Below are positions 50,880 to 60,727 of a DNA stretch of 64,000 nucleotides, piece after piece. A model generated the notes under the pieces. The model made no database searches, was not told the DNA's origin, and worked only from the letters and a program-made list of their open reading frames with translations. The first letter of the stretch is position 1. Every line of letters starts with the position of its first letter. This DNA comes from Candidatus Latescibacterota bacterium (GTDB lineage Bacteria; Latescibacterota; UBA2968): NCBI GenBank assembly GCA_965116885.1, contig OZ220741.1:4288001-4352000 (forward strand). Reading direction: 5' to 3'. The position numbers and the translations under genes are program-made.

Positions 50880-51710
50880 TCAGTTAATAAATAACGGCTG
50901 ATCGGATCGCGGTACAATGTCCGCTTCTTCTGCACGCGCAAAAAGATCAACCAGCGCTGCTTTTCCGTCTGCGCCGTAATCCAGCGTGTATTCATTGACG
51001 TAGAGATCGATGTGCTGCTGCATCACGGCTTCGTCCATCTCCTGTGCGTGCTGGCGGATGTAATTTTTAACTGCATCGGGGTTTTCATGTGCATATTTCA
51101 CACTGGCGCAAAGAGATACATCAATTTGTTGAATTATTTCTTCGCCGAGATCGCGGCGGGCGAGAATACCACCGAGCGGAATGGGGTGTCCCGTAGCTGT
51201 CTCCCACCATTCGCCCAGGTCAATGACTTTGTGCAGACCATAATCGGGATAGGTAAATCGCGATTCGTGGATGATCACACCCGCATCAACGTCGCCTTTT
51301 TGCGTAGCCTCCATAATCTCGTCAAAAGGCATCGCCACGAGGTTGTCAAGCGCGGGATTAAAGAGACGCAGCAAGAGCGCGGCCGTGGTGAGTTCGCCGG
51401 GAATGGCAATGCGTTTGCCCAACAAATCGCGTGGATCAAGGGCATCAGACGCGATAACGAGCGGTCCACACCCACGCCCCAATGCCCCGCCTGAATGCAA
51501 CAGACAATAGCGATCGCGCATAAATGCGAGCGCGTGGAATGATATTTTGGTCATATCCAATTTACCTGCCATAGCCATGCGATTCAGGGTCTCGATATCT
51601 TCGAGAACCTCGCGGCATCTGGGCGCGCCATCTATTTTTTTGTGCACCAGACCATAAAAAATATACGTATCATTGGGACAGGGTGAATAACCGAGAGAAA
51701 TACGGGACAT
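50880..51710 (-). CDS. mqnD: 1,4-dihydroxy-6-naphthoate synthase
   Basis: LGYSPCPNDTYIF, DIETLN, GGALGRGCGPL, IIHESRFTY, DLGEWW, PIPLGG, HIDLYVN. Confidence 0.95.
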   Translation of the reverse strand: MSRISLGYSPCPNDTYIFYGLVHKKIDGAPRCREVLEDIETLNRMAMAGKLDMTKISFHALAFMRDRYCLLHSGGALGRGCGPLVIASDALDPRDLLGKRIAIPGELTTAALLLRLFNPALDNLVAMPFDEIMEATQKGDVDAGVIIHESRFTYPDYGLHKVIDLGEWWETATGHPIPLGGILARRDLGEEIIQQIDVSLCASVKYAHENPDAVKNYIRQHAQEMDEAVMQQHIDLYVNEYTLDYGADGKAALVDLFARAEEADIVPRSDQPLFIN

Positions 51711-51723
51711 GGTAAACCTCGTG

Positions 51724-52443
51724 TCATAGAGCCTCAATGAATTTTCGCGCTGCAATTTGCACCCTCTGGACAGCGCGTGGAATATCCCAGGCGTCTTTAT
51801 TGCGATCTTCTACAAGATTACTAATAGCGCGCAATTCGAGAAATGGAACCGCATAAAGCGTGCTAATATGCGCCGCGGCAGCACCTTCCATGTTTTCGCA
51901 TATCGCATTGAACCGCGCTGCCAGTTCATTGCCAATATCCTCGCGTCCGGTGCATTGTTGCACCGTGACAAAAGGACCTTGCACAACGCATTCGCCCGAT
52001 TGTTCGAGTATGTGTTGCGCCCTGGCGACAAGCGCGGGATCGAGAGGATAAGTATTGTAATAATCGCGATCTATCGATAGGACGGGAATACCAATCTCAT
52101 CGGCAGGAAACCAGCCAGCAGGTGTGATGACGCCTAAATCGCCATAATTTTCTTCGGTCGCAAGTGCGAGATCACCCTTGTCCAGACCACTGCTGAGATA
52201 AGCACCTCCAATGCCGATTTGCAAGACGAGTTCAGGACCGATTTCCTGCAGTGCAACAGTCAGAGCCTGCGCCGTATTAACCGCGCCAATACCCGTTTCA
52301 ATCAGGACAACGGGCCTGATGCCAATCATACCGCGAACCCAGGCGCGATGTCCTATGCGCTGTATTGTCGCCTGTTGAAGGCTATCGCGCAAACGCTGTT
52401 GCTCATAAGCCGTAGCTGTCAGGATGAACAGAGGATCGGGCAT
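51724..52443 (-). CDS. mqnB: Futalosine hydrolase
   Basis: TGIGAVNTA, GIGGAY, E.YGDLG, ENMEGAA, ELRAISN.VEDR...W; next to mqnD. Confidence 0.9.
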   Translation of the reverse strand: MPDPLFILTATAYEQQRLRDSLQQATIQRIGHRAWVRGMIGIRPVVLIETGIGAVNTAQALTVALQEIGPELVLQIGIGGAYLSSGLDKGDLALATEENYGDLGVITPAGWFPADEIGIPVLSIDRDYYNTYPLDPALVARAQHILEQSGECVVQGPFVTVQQCTGREDIGNELAARFNAICENMEGAAAAHISTLYAVPFLELRAISNLVEDRNKDAWDIPRAVQRVQIAARKFIEAL

Positions 52444-52453
52444 GATTGAGCAC

Positions 52454-53473
52454 CTAAAAAGAAAAGGGCATCTTCAGAGGCACGGTTCGCCGTGCAGATT
52501 CATACCATCCCTGAGGCGCGAAATGGTCGGAATGCAAATAGCATTTTACATCTACTTTGTCGCATCCTTCCGTAAAGGTCAAAACGCGACTCATCGGCAC
52601 GTTCTTTTGCCCGTGAAATTTTGAAATCGCAGCGACGTTGATAAATGTCGCGCCCCACTTCTGTTCCACATGCGAACGCCCGCCAGTCGTATCTTCGGGA
52701 TTTGTATGCGTGTGTCCGCCCAGCCAAATATCAATAGCACCGGGATTATCTGCCAGAACACCCTCAAACTGTCCACTATCTGGTTTGCCACCTACCCAGT
52801 AGAGATACGACGCCCCAATAGGCGCGCCATCGTCAAAACGACCGTGATAGCCTTCATCCACGCCCACCCAATCGAGCGAAGCAACCGTCGTCTCCTTTAA
52901 CATGTGATGATGTGCGGAAATGATAATTTTATCTCGATTGGAAAGCACCATATCGCGCCACCATTCAAATGCCTCCTGCGTGACTGCGCCTGCGGGATAA
53001 CCGCCCCTTTTTCCCCGCCCTACAGGCGGCCCACCGTCATTGCGATCACCCATACACAGGAACAGGATATTGCCCACCTCAAAAGAATACCGATCCCACT
53101 GTCCGATTACGGAATACGGTCGTTGATTGGCATAAACCCCCGAATATTCGGAGTTCACACCCATCGGATCTACCCACTTTTGAAACCACCACTGCGTCTC
53201 TTCATCGGGACCACTCGCATCGTGATTGCCCACGATATTGTAAAAATGCGACCGCGGATGTTTGGTCGATACACCGTATTGTCGAACCACCTCCTCGCCT
53301 TCTTCATCGTCGGGCGGTTCCTGCGCGCCGGATAGATCGCCAATATCGAGCATCACATCCCATTCAAAATCCCGCTCTGCCTGTAAAATGGCTGTTTCCA
53401 AACTCTTTCGCCCCCGCCGCAGATCCGTTCCCACATGTGCATCGCCACCGGCCCAGAGTGTAAATGCGTTCAT
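52454..53473 (-). CDS. Calcineurin-like metallophosphoesterase
   Basis: GDAH, IGD, GNHD, AHH, GGHTH motifs. Confidence 0.85.
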   Translation of the reverse strand: MNAFTLWAGGDAHVGTDLRRGRKSLETAILQAERDFEWDVMLDIGDLSGAQEPPDDEEGEEVVRQYGVSTKHPRSHFYNIVGNHDASGPDEETQWWFQKWVDPMGVNSEYSGVYANQRPYSVIGQWDRYSFEVGNILFLCMGDRNDGGPPVGRGKRGGYPAGAVTQEAFEWWRDMVLSNRDKIIISAHHHMLKETTVASLDWVGVDEGYHGRFDDGAPIGASYLYWVGGKPDSGQFEGVLADNPGAIDIWLGGHTHTNPEDTTGGRSHVEQKWGATFINVAAISKFHGQKNVPMSRVLTFTEGCDKVDVKCYLHSDHFAPQGWYESARRTVPLKMPFSF

Positions 53474-54345
53474 TGCGTCCCCCGCCAACCGATATCAATA
53501 CTCGTGTACCCATCGGTATATCGCTTCAAATGGTCCGGTATATTTTTCAAAAACCACTGGCCTGATTCCGGTATCTCCCACGGAATATCAATTCTGTGAT
53601 TGCGATCTCTAAACCCAATCGCGCACGAAAGGCGCGTTTCACCCAACCGATTGGGAAATGCGCCGTGGTACGTGCGGTGGGCAAACACAATCATATCCCC
53701 CCCATTTGTAAACAGAGGTACCAACCCCGGAATATCAAACCCCGCGTAGCGGTGTTCTTCCTCGCCTTCGGGATAAAACGAGCGCCGATCTGTCGTCAAC
53801 TTAAATCCTTTGGGACCTTCCCAGCCTTCCACATGAGAATCTTCGATCACACACAGACCGCCGTGAACCGGGCGCGATCCCGTCAGATAAAACCACTTGC
53901 CCGACGGCCAGAGTCCGCGATTCAACACATCGCCCGAGTTCAAAACACTATTGGAAAAACCACACCAATCCGTATGCCATCCAACGGGCTGAGACCCCGA
54001 CATGCGGATAATCGCAGCAGAGCGATGGACGGTCATATCATTTGTGCCAATCAAATGCCGGTGAATAGCCATGAATGGCTCGTATTCCAAAAGCTCCCAT
54101 GCACCTGGTCCAGATTCAATCCACGCATGTCGCGTACGACTCTGCCCGCCCGCTAACGTCCCGTCTGGATCTGTGCCATCATACACTGCCTGTTTAAGCT
54201 TCTCGACAATCTCATCCGGCAATACGTCTTTAATAATCGCAAATCCGTGCGCCTCCAGGCACTCGGACATTGCATCGAGTTCATCTGTAGCAAACTCATA
54301 GCAATAGCCCAAATCGGGCTTTTTAATATGTGAATAGTCTGCCAT
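53470..54345 (-). CDS. Phytanoyl-CoA dioxygenase (PhyH) family Fe/2OG oxygenase
   Basis: HGFAII..VL, WHTD, GGLCVI..SH, GDMIVF....YHGA.PN...R. Confidence 0.85.
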   Translation of the reverse strand: MADYSHIKKPDLGYCYEFATDELDAMSECLEAHGFAIIKDVLPDEIVEKLKQAVYDGTDPDGTLAGGQSRTRHAWIESGPGAWELLEYEPFMAIHRHLIGTNDMTVHRSAAIIRMSGSQPVGWHTDWCGFSNSVLNSGDVLNRGLWPSGKWFYLTGSRPVHGGLCVIEDSHVEGWEGPKGFKLTTDRRSFYPEGEEEHRYAGFDIPGLVPLFTNGGDMIVFAHRTYHGAFPNRLGETRLSCAIGFRDRNHRIDIPWEIPESGQWFLKNIPDHLKRYTDGYTSIDIGWRGTQ

Positions 54346-54366
54346 TTTTCCCTCCTTGTATGTTCT

Positions 54367-55380
54367 TTATCTGGGTGGATCAGAAGAAAGGACATTTCCA
54401 TCTGTCACCTGGCACCCGGCCAACAACACTTCTTGCACAGCCAGATCGTGTGCCTGAGAATAATCCGGTTCTTTCTCGCCATTCATACACGCCCTCAACT
54501 CCCGCAACAGCGTTGAAAAACTATCCGGAGGTTCAATCTCCAATTCTTGCCAGCCGCTCTGATACCCTTCGGCTTCCTCTTCCAAACACAAACTCAGATT
54601 ATTGGAGCCAATGGGCGCGTGAAGCGCTGTTCCCAACGTCCCGTGAACCTCAATCCGCCGCGCCATACCCACCTGCATAGCGGCCATGTCAATCGTGCCG
54701 AGACCGCGTTCAAAATCGTGTACTACAACCGCATTGTCAACGACAGTTCGTTTGCCGTAATGTTTTCTGAGAATGGGATGTACATCTGTCGGCCGTCCCA
54801 TCAGAGCCACCATAATATCGACGAGATGACCCGCCATTTCAAAATAAATCCCCCCGTGATAAATACCGTTCTCCTCTTCCAACTCTGTGCGCCAACTGTG
54901 GGGCTTTGGGATATGCCCGCGGTAAGCGTAAATATCACCCAACACACCCAGTTTTGCCAATCGAATAATCTCGTGAACGCTCGGATTATAACGCCACATA
55001 TAGGCCAAATTGAGGACCAATTGTTTGTCCGACGCCAATTTTTGGATGCGCTTAAACTGGTCCAGATTGACCCCCGCGGGTTTTTCCAACAACACATGCT
55101 TGCCTGCGGTGAGTGCTTGTTCGGCATAATCCAAATTCTGATAGACATGCCCTTCTACAATAACAGCATCGACCTCACTGTTTAACACCGCGTCAACCGA
55201 ATCAAAAATGGGAATATCCAGCCCCACCTCCGCACTCTTTTCTCGCCGGATCGCAATCACTTCGGGATCGGGATCGTACATGCCAATGAACTCAACCTCA
55301 TCGGGCAATTGTGCAGCTTCTCGCAAGTGCATACTCGTATGACTGTGCCAACATCCCAAAAACGCAACTTTTAATGCCAT
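54367..55380 (-). CDS. Gfo/Idh/MocA oxidoreductase
   Basis: KVAFLG, ALTAGKHVLLEKP, YMWRYNP, GHLVD. Confidence 0.9.
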   Translation of the reverse strand: MALKVAFLGCWHSHTSMHLREAAQLPDEVEFIGMYDPDPEVIAIRREKSAEVGLDIPIFDSVDAVLNSEVDAVIVEGHVYQNLDYAEQALTAGKHVLLEKPAGVNLDQFKRIQKLASDKQLVLNLAYMWRYNPSVHEIIRLAKLGVLGDIYAYRGHIPKPHSWRTELEEENGIYHGGIYFEMAGHLVDIMVALMGRPTDVHPILRKHYGKRTVVDNAVVVHDFERGLGTIDMAAMQVGMARRIEVHGTLGTALHAPIGSNNLSLCLEEEAEGYQSGWQELEIEPPDSFSTLLRELRACMNGEKEPDYSQAHDLAVQEVLLAGCQVTDGNVLSSDPPR

Positions 55381-55394
55381 TGAACCCCCCTTTG

Positions 55395-58088
55395 CTATTT
55401 CATCTCAAAATCACCCGAACCAATCACACGTTGTTCCACGCCCTCATCTCGAATGGACACAAACGCCGATGTCCGAATCTGAAACTGCACTGTGCCCTCA
55501 ATCTCTCGAAGCGGAAAAAAGCAATGCGCCATTCCCGTATTTGTGACGCGAAAACCGGGATCGTCTTCGAGAATGACGTGCTCACCCACCACGCGTTGAA
55601 CGCGCAACCCGCGCGTTGTACCATCGCCAAATGTCACAACAGCAACAGCGCCATCTATGTCATCCATTTCAGGCAGGCCATTCACGACCAATGCATGGTA
55701 CGGCGCACCATCCTCTATTCGCAATACATCTGTAACCTGCCCCGTATAGATACCACCACCTGTTAACCGAGTGGTTTGCCATTGCACCTTCTCCCCACCC
55801 CATAACCCCAGAACTCGCGCCTCCCCATCCTGTTCGCGCACAAAACCGACTTCGCCTTGAAATGTAAGATCGCCCATGCGAAAAACTTCTGTCCCGGATT
55901 GCAGAACAATATGATCCGTACTCCCCCGGTGGCGCACTTTCAGGTACACGCCGCGCTCGCCAATATCTTCCACCTCGACAGAATCGATAAACGCCTTATC
56001 CCGAAACGGCTCGTGAACAGCCATGAACCGACTCGGCGATCGACCTTTTTGTCGAACCATCAACATGGGCATGCGAAATTGATCGAGTAGCGGTTCGTCT
56101 TCGTCTGCACGCCGCACAGAGGGCGCGTCCCCCACAAAAAGTTTGCTATCCGCCAACCCCACAAGATGAATACGCACGGCAACAGCATCTCCGTGAAAAG
56201 TGACACGCGCATCCTGTACATGATCGCTATATGACACATTTTGAAAAAATGCAAGCGCGACATTTCGTCCTTCTGCATCCCCCTGGTCGCGTTCGTGTTC
56301 TGGGAACCGCACCTTCACACCCGGTAGCAGATTTTCACCATAGTGCTGCAAAAGCACATTGGTCTCTGTCCGCATATCGACATCCGCGCTTCCGTGCATC
56401 ACCCAATCGCGCTGATCGCCGCCCTGCACGCGAAACAGATCGACCACATAGTGATCCTCTCCCCCCACATTTACGAGCATGACCAACCGCCGATATTCTT
56501 CCGCCAGTCCGGGATACACATCTTCCCCACTCGCTTCTACCCATTGCACCGGGTCATAAGCGGCTTCAAATGCCAGCAGAGAACCATCTATAATACCCTT
56601 TCTATTGGAGCGTTCTTGTTCCCCTTCATCAATTAACACAGTATTGTGGCACAAGGTGCTCGTTGCCCAGCTTCGATATCGGGTATGGGTATAGCCCACA
56701 TCGGAGAGCAGTTCCTGTCCCTTAGCAAAAAGCATCAGATTCAAATTGTCCGCATGGGCATGCCCATAAGCCCCCGAAAAGTGCAGATGCACCTGCATTT
56801 GATGTTCGCCCTTTCCTCTCCCCAACCACGCATGTCCAATACCGGACAGCAGTGTCGGATGCGACTGTTCAAGCGGTCTGACATTGGGACCAACCCGTCG
56901 GCTATCCAACCGCGCCCAGGCATCGTGCATGGGAATCCATCGCCCATCTGGATATCTGCAAATATCCAGAAGCTGATTTGCCTTTCTCACAATGGCAATA
57001 TCTCGCTCTAAATCCAGTTCGTCGTATCGCACGCCATCGTCCGACACATAATCCAACGGATCGGAATACCCGTTCAGCGCGTCAAATACCACTTGCATAC
57101 CCGCCATTGTCATCCGGTGATACCCCAAACTGCCTTCATGCCAGAAGCCATCCGCATAAAATTGACGCTCAAACAGACCGATACTGCGTCGAATGGCTTC
57201 GTGAACGAGTTCTGGATCATTTAGCACGCGGCCAATCACCGCATACCCGACGTAAATCCGAGGGCTCGCATTGCCATAAGTGATCTCGTGAAAACCTTCC
57301 TGGCGAATGGCTCCGCGAAAAAAATCGTCCTCAATCCGCTTTTTCACATCTATCCCAATCGCATCGGACAATCGCTCCAATTCGCCACTTGTATAAATCG
57401 CATCGTAAGCCAGAGCCAGATTAGTCGGCATTTCATCTGCGCGCCACCGCCCCCATTTTCCTCCAAAATTTGGATAGGGTGGTTCAAGCACAAATCCCTT
57501 TTGTTCGTGTGCTCGATCATAACTCACCAGAAAACCCGGATAATACCGCGCGAATGCGTCCAGAATCAGCACCGCGCGTCGCGCATACGTCGCATCTCCC
57601 GTTGCCTGGTATAACTGCCCCAAATCTTCCGCAATCGCCGCAAAATACACGCGCGCTTCCCGCCACGCCTTTGCCCGAAAGTAATACCGAAATCCCGTCT
57701 CATCTTCCCAAAAGGGATATGTCACCGCATCACCTACCGGGTTTACAACTGTCTGTATCTGATTATCCGGATATCTCTCATTGGGAAACACCATCTCGCA
57801 ATAGCGACACTGTACGCGCTGTGGATCTTTAATTGACCATCGCAACTGCCCTTCCTGAGCACCAGCATCACAATCGGGACATCCCACAAATCGAAACCCC
57901 GTCTTATCGGGGATCAACGCCACCATCTCTGCTTCAGAAAGTGCCATCACCACTCGCACGCGCCGCTTCATACGCGCGACTTCCTTCTCGGTTAAGCTCA
58001 CCTGATAAACCGGGCGTTCAATGGCTTGCATAGCCAACACTCCTGTGAGAATTTGTATGGTAATTAAAAGAATTATACGTATTGACAT
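55395..58088 (-). CDS. Heparinase II/III-like polysaccharide lyase family protein
   Basis: DGFWHEGSLGYH, GHAHADNLNL.LFA.G..LLSDVGY, TLCHNTVLID. Alternative start 58031 after AGGAG. Confidence 0.8.
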   Translation of the reverse strand: MSIRIILLITIQILTGVLAMQAIERPVYQVSLTEKEVARMKRRVRVVMALSEAEMVALIPDKTGFRFVGCPDCDAGAQEGQLRWSIKDPQRVQCRYCEMVFPNERYPDNQIQTVVNPVGDAVTYPFWEDETGFRYYFRAKAWREARVYFAAIAEDLGQLYQATGDATYARRAVLILDAFARYYPGFLVSYDRAHEQKGFVLEPPYPNFGGKWGRWRADEMPTNLALAYDAIYTSGELERLSDAIGIDVKKRIEDDFFRGAIRQEGFHEITYGNASPRIYVGYAVIGRVLNDPELVHEAIRRSIGLFERQFYADGFWHEGSLGYHRMTMAGMQVVFDALNGYSDPLDYVSDDGVRYDELDLERDIAIVRKANQLLDICRYPDGRWIPMHDAWARLDSRRVGPNVRPLEQSHPTLLSGIGHAWLGRGKGEHQMQVHLHFSGAYGHAHADNLNLMLFAKGQELLSDVGYTHTRYRSWATSTLCHNTVLIDEGEQERSNRKGIIDGSLLAFEAAYDPVQWVEASGEDVYPGLAEEYRRLVMLVNVGGEDHYVVDLFRVQGGDQRDWVMHGSADVDMRTETNVLLQHYGENLLPGVKVRFPEHERDQGDAEGRNVALAFFQNVSYSDHVQDARVTFHGDAVAVRIHLVGLADSKLFVGDAPSVRRADEDEPLLDQFRMPMLMVRQKGRSPSRFMAVHEPFRDKAFIDSVEVEDIGERGVYLKVRHRGSTDHIVLQSGTEVFRMGDLTFQGEVGFVREQDGEARVLGLWGGEKVQWQTTRLTGGGIYTGQVTDVLRIEDGAPYHALVVNGLPEMDDIDGAVAVVTFGDGTTRGLRVQRVVGEHVILEDDPGFRVTNTGMAHCFFPLREIEGTVQFQIRTSAFVSIRDEGVEQRVIGSGDFEMK

Positions 58089-58110
58089 TGTATATACAAT
58101 TCTCTAAATT
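58082..58110 (+). promoter_or_regulatory. Sigma70 promoter with palindromic operator for the BrnT TA pair
   Basis: TTGACA-N17-TAAATT with the perfect palindrome ATTGTATATACAAT (58087-58100) in the spacer. Confidence 0.72.
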
Positions 58111-58115
58111 GTTTT

Positions 58116-58412
58116 ATGGATATTTACTACGAACTGCACAATATCACCTTTGTCTGGGATAAAAATAAAGCTCGTACAAATTCAATTAAACACGATGGTG
58201 TAACTTTTGAGCGAGCTGTGGAAGCTTTCTTTGATCCCTTTTTAAAAGTGGTAGATGCGAGTCGTAGTGAAGAAGCCCGCGATGCCATTATTGGACTGGA
58301 TACACACTGGAATTTACTATTCGTTGTTCACATTGAAATACAAGATGATGAAATTCGGATCATTTCAGCCCGTAAAGCAACTCGAAGGGAAAGATTTGAC
58401 TATGAAAATTGA
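58116..58412 (+). CDS. brnT: BrnT-family toxin
   Basis: FVWDKNKARTN..KHDGVTFE.A..F.DP, E.R..IG, IRIISARKATRRER..YE. Confidence 0.92.
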   Translation: MDIYYELHNITFVWDKNKARTNSIKHDGVTFERAVEAFFDPFLKVVDASRSEEARDAIIGLDTHWNLLFVVHIEIQDDEIRIISARKATRRERFDYEN

Positions 58413-58698
58413 CAAACTGAAAAAACGCCTGCGAAAAAACCGTCCTATGACCACCGTATCTATTCGGTTTCCCGAAGATGTTATCGATGATCTAAAGCAA
58501 GTTGCTCCAATGATGGGCTTCTCTGGATACCAACCGCTCATTCGCGCTTACGTCGGTCAGGGCTTGCGTTTAGATCTTGAACGCTTAGATCAGGAACTAC
58601 TACCCGCTTTGGTCAATAATTTAAAAAAACGCGGTATCAATGAAGCAATAATCATCGAAGCTTTGGCAGAAGCAAGTCAGGAACCAAAACCGCAATAA
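58402..58698 (+). CDS. Cognate RHH (CopG/BrnA-like) antitoxin
   Basis: RPMTTVSIRFPEDVIDDLK..A...G..GYQPLIRAYV; overlaps the toxin end. Confidence 0.85.
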   Translation: MKIDKLKKRLRKNRPMTTVSIRFPEDVIDDLKQVAPMMGFSGYQPLIRAYVGQGLRLDLERLDQELLPALVNNLKKRGINEAIIIEALAEASQEPKPQ

Positions 58699-58758
58699 TT
58701 ATTACTGTACAAATCATCCCGTTTTTGAGCAAGCCTTGCAGAATTTTCTGTGAGGCTT

Positions 58759-60048
58759 TTATTTTATCTCATCCAAACGCGCTCGGAACCTGGGCAAAAG
58801 AGCTGTTACCAGTGCAGTTGTAACCATGGCGACACTGGTGTGTAAGCCGAGGGCGATAGGCGCGCCATAGACTTCGGTGAGTTTGCCAATTTGCAGGCTG
58901 CCAAGCGGTCCTGCGCCAATAGCGAGGACGAGTGTACCCATTGCGCGATCTCTCATATCATCGCGAGCAGCGATAAGCATAATTGAGCTTTGCATCACAC
59001 TGAAAAATGCATGCCCCAGGCCGGCAAGTATGAGGAGAAAGATCGCGAGTGGAAAGGCAACCGACGTGCCAAACAGTGTGAGCGCACCAACCCAGGACGT
59101 GCTAAAGGCAAAGACAAACAGCGCGAGGGACTGGAAAATCGATCCAATGGAAAATATCCACCCACGGCTGAGGCGCGAGCGCAACACACTGACCGCGTAA
59201 AGGCCGAAAAATGCACCAATACCATCGCACGCGCCCAGTATTCCGAATTCAAGCGGACCCTTATGAAGAATATCATGTGTAAAAACGGGCAGGATGATCC
59301 GGTAGGGAAACGCCAGAAAATTCATGATCACAGTAATGAGCAAAGTCCCCATAATCGGCTGGCTGGTACGTATATATTGCAAGCCTTCGCGCATCAGCGT
59401 CCACGGAGAGGTTTTGAGAATCGCGGGATGACGCGGCACTTTGACGCACAACATGATCAGGAATGAGATAAGGGAGATAAAAAAAATAGTGATATAACAG
59501 TCCAGTACGCCAAATAAAGCGTAAATATATCCGCTTAAAAAAGGCCCAATCATTCGAGCGATATTTTGGGTAAAGCCTTCGAGCATCATCGCTTCAACCG
59601 TGCGCTGCTTGCCGACCAGATCGGGTACCAGAGCACGGCGAGCAGTCCAGTTGAGAGACCACGAGATGCCAAATAACACTGCGCCAATCGCGAGATGCCA
59701 GAATGCCAGTTGGTTGGTCCAGAGCAGCAGGATAATGGCTGCGAGAACCAGTACGCTGAGCCATTGCGAGAAAATCACGATGCGAACGCGCCCAACGCTA
59801 TTGATCACTGGCCCGGCGATAAAACCGATGAGCAACAGGGGAATAGATCGGTAAAACCCAATCAGTGCGACGTCAAACGCAGAGTGGGTAATCTCAAAAA
59901 CGAGCCATCCCACGACAATCATTTCCATCCACATGGCCTGCCACCAGAGCATATTGCTCAAGATCAGGTAGCGGAAGCCGCGGTTGCCCAGAGGGGCAAG
60001 GGACCCTCGAAAGGAGATGACAAATTTTCCCGTTCTTCTAATGCGCAT
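58759..60048 (-). CDS. MFS transporter
   Basis: About 12 hydrophobic segments, WLVFEITHSAF, ARRALVPDLV, ARMIGP. Confidence 0.9.
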   Translation of the reverse strand: MRIRRTGKFVISFRGSLAPLGNRGFRYLILSNMLWWQAMWMEMIVVGWLVFEITHSAFDVALIGFYRSIPLLLIGFIAGPVINSVGRVRIVIFSQWLSVLVLAAIILLLWTNQLAFWHLAIGAVLFGISWSLNWTARRALVPDLVGKQRTVEAMMLEGFTQNIARMIGPFLSGYIYALFGVLDCYITIFFISLISFLIMLCVKVPRHPAILKTSPWTLMREGLQYIRTSQPIMGTLLITVIMNFLAFPYRIILPVFTHDILHKGPLEFGILGACDGIGAFFGLYAVSVLRSRLSRGWIFSIGSIFQSLALFVFAFSTSWVGALTLFGTSVAFPLAIFLLILAGLGHAFFSVMQSSIMLIAARDDMRDRAMGTLVLAIGAGPLGSLQIGKLTEVYGAPIALGLHTSVAMVTTALVTALLPRFRARLDEIK

Positions 60049-60124
60049 GGTCGAGTTTCAAACCCAAAATAATCCAATCTTCAGAGTGCGACTGATGTAA
60101 CCTATCACAATATCCTCTGCTCTT

Positions 60125-60697
60125 TTACCGCCCAATCTCAAAATCACGCGCCACCGCCCTTGCCATCGCCACGAGAACATCGCTGTCGATGCGCTCGCGA
60201 TAATTGGGATTAATATATTGAAATTGGATCTTGCGATTGGGTGCTATCACAAAGACCGATGGTACGGGTAAAGCGCGTCTTCTGTTATTCATAAACGCAA
60301 CGCCATAAGCCTTCGCTGCCTCAAATTCCACATCCGATAATAGAGTAAAATCGAGACCCACGCGATCGCGCACCTCAGCCAATTTTTCAGGCGGATCGGG
60401 CGCAATAGCAATAATTTCAAAACCCACCGCCTCTAACTGTGACTTCAGTTCTTGCAGTTGTCCCAACTGCCGTCGGCAGTGTGGTCACCAGTATCCGCGA
60501 TAAAAAACCAAAATCGTCGGCTTTTTGTGCGCACCCAGGTCAAAATCCCGTCCATTCGCATCGACGAGTGTCAGCGCGGGAACTTCATCGCCAACCATCA
60601 GGGGACGCACTTTATTGGGCGCATCGGGCAATTGCGCGTGCCCCCACCCAAAAGTACCAAACACCATCAGCAACGCGATCCAGATTATTTTCTTCAT
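60125..60697 (-). CDS. Exported AhpC/TSA peroxiredoxin-like selenoprotein (in-frame UGA = Sec)
   Basis: ORFs 60485-60697 and 60125-60466 are one frame separated only by TGA: FYRGYW-TGA-PHC, matching the FYRGxWCPxC motif. Signal peptide, AGGAG RBS, C-terminal LPVPSVFVI. Confidence 0.85.
60454..60470 (-). promoter_or_regulatory. Putative bacterial SECIS element
   Basis: GCAGTTG-GGA-CAACTGC hairpin, G-initiated loop beginning 21 nt after the UGA. Confidence 0.65.
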
Positions 60698-60727
60698 AAA
60701 AATCTCCTCTGTATTATATAACGAACA

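Noticed and set aside
60125..60697. Pseudogene, or two separate small ORFs
   Set aside because: The only stop sits at the catalytic Cys position and is followed by a SECIS-like hairpin, so Sec recoding fits better
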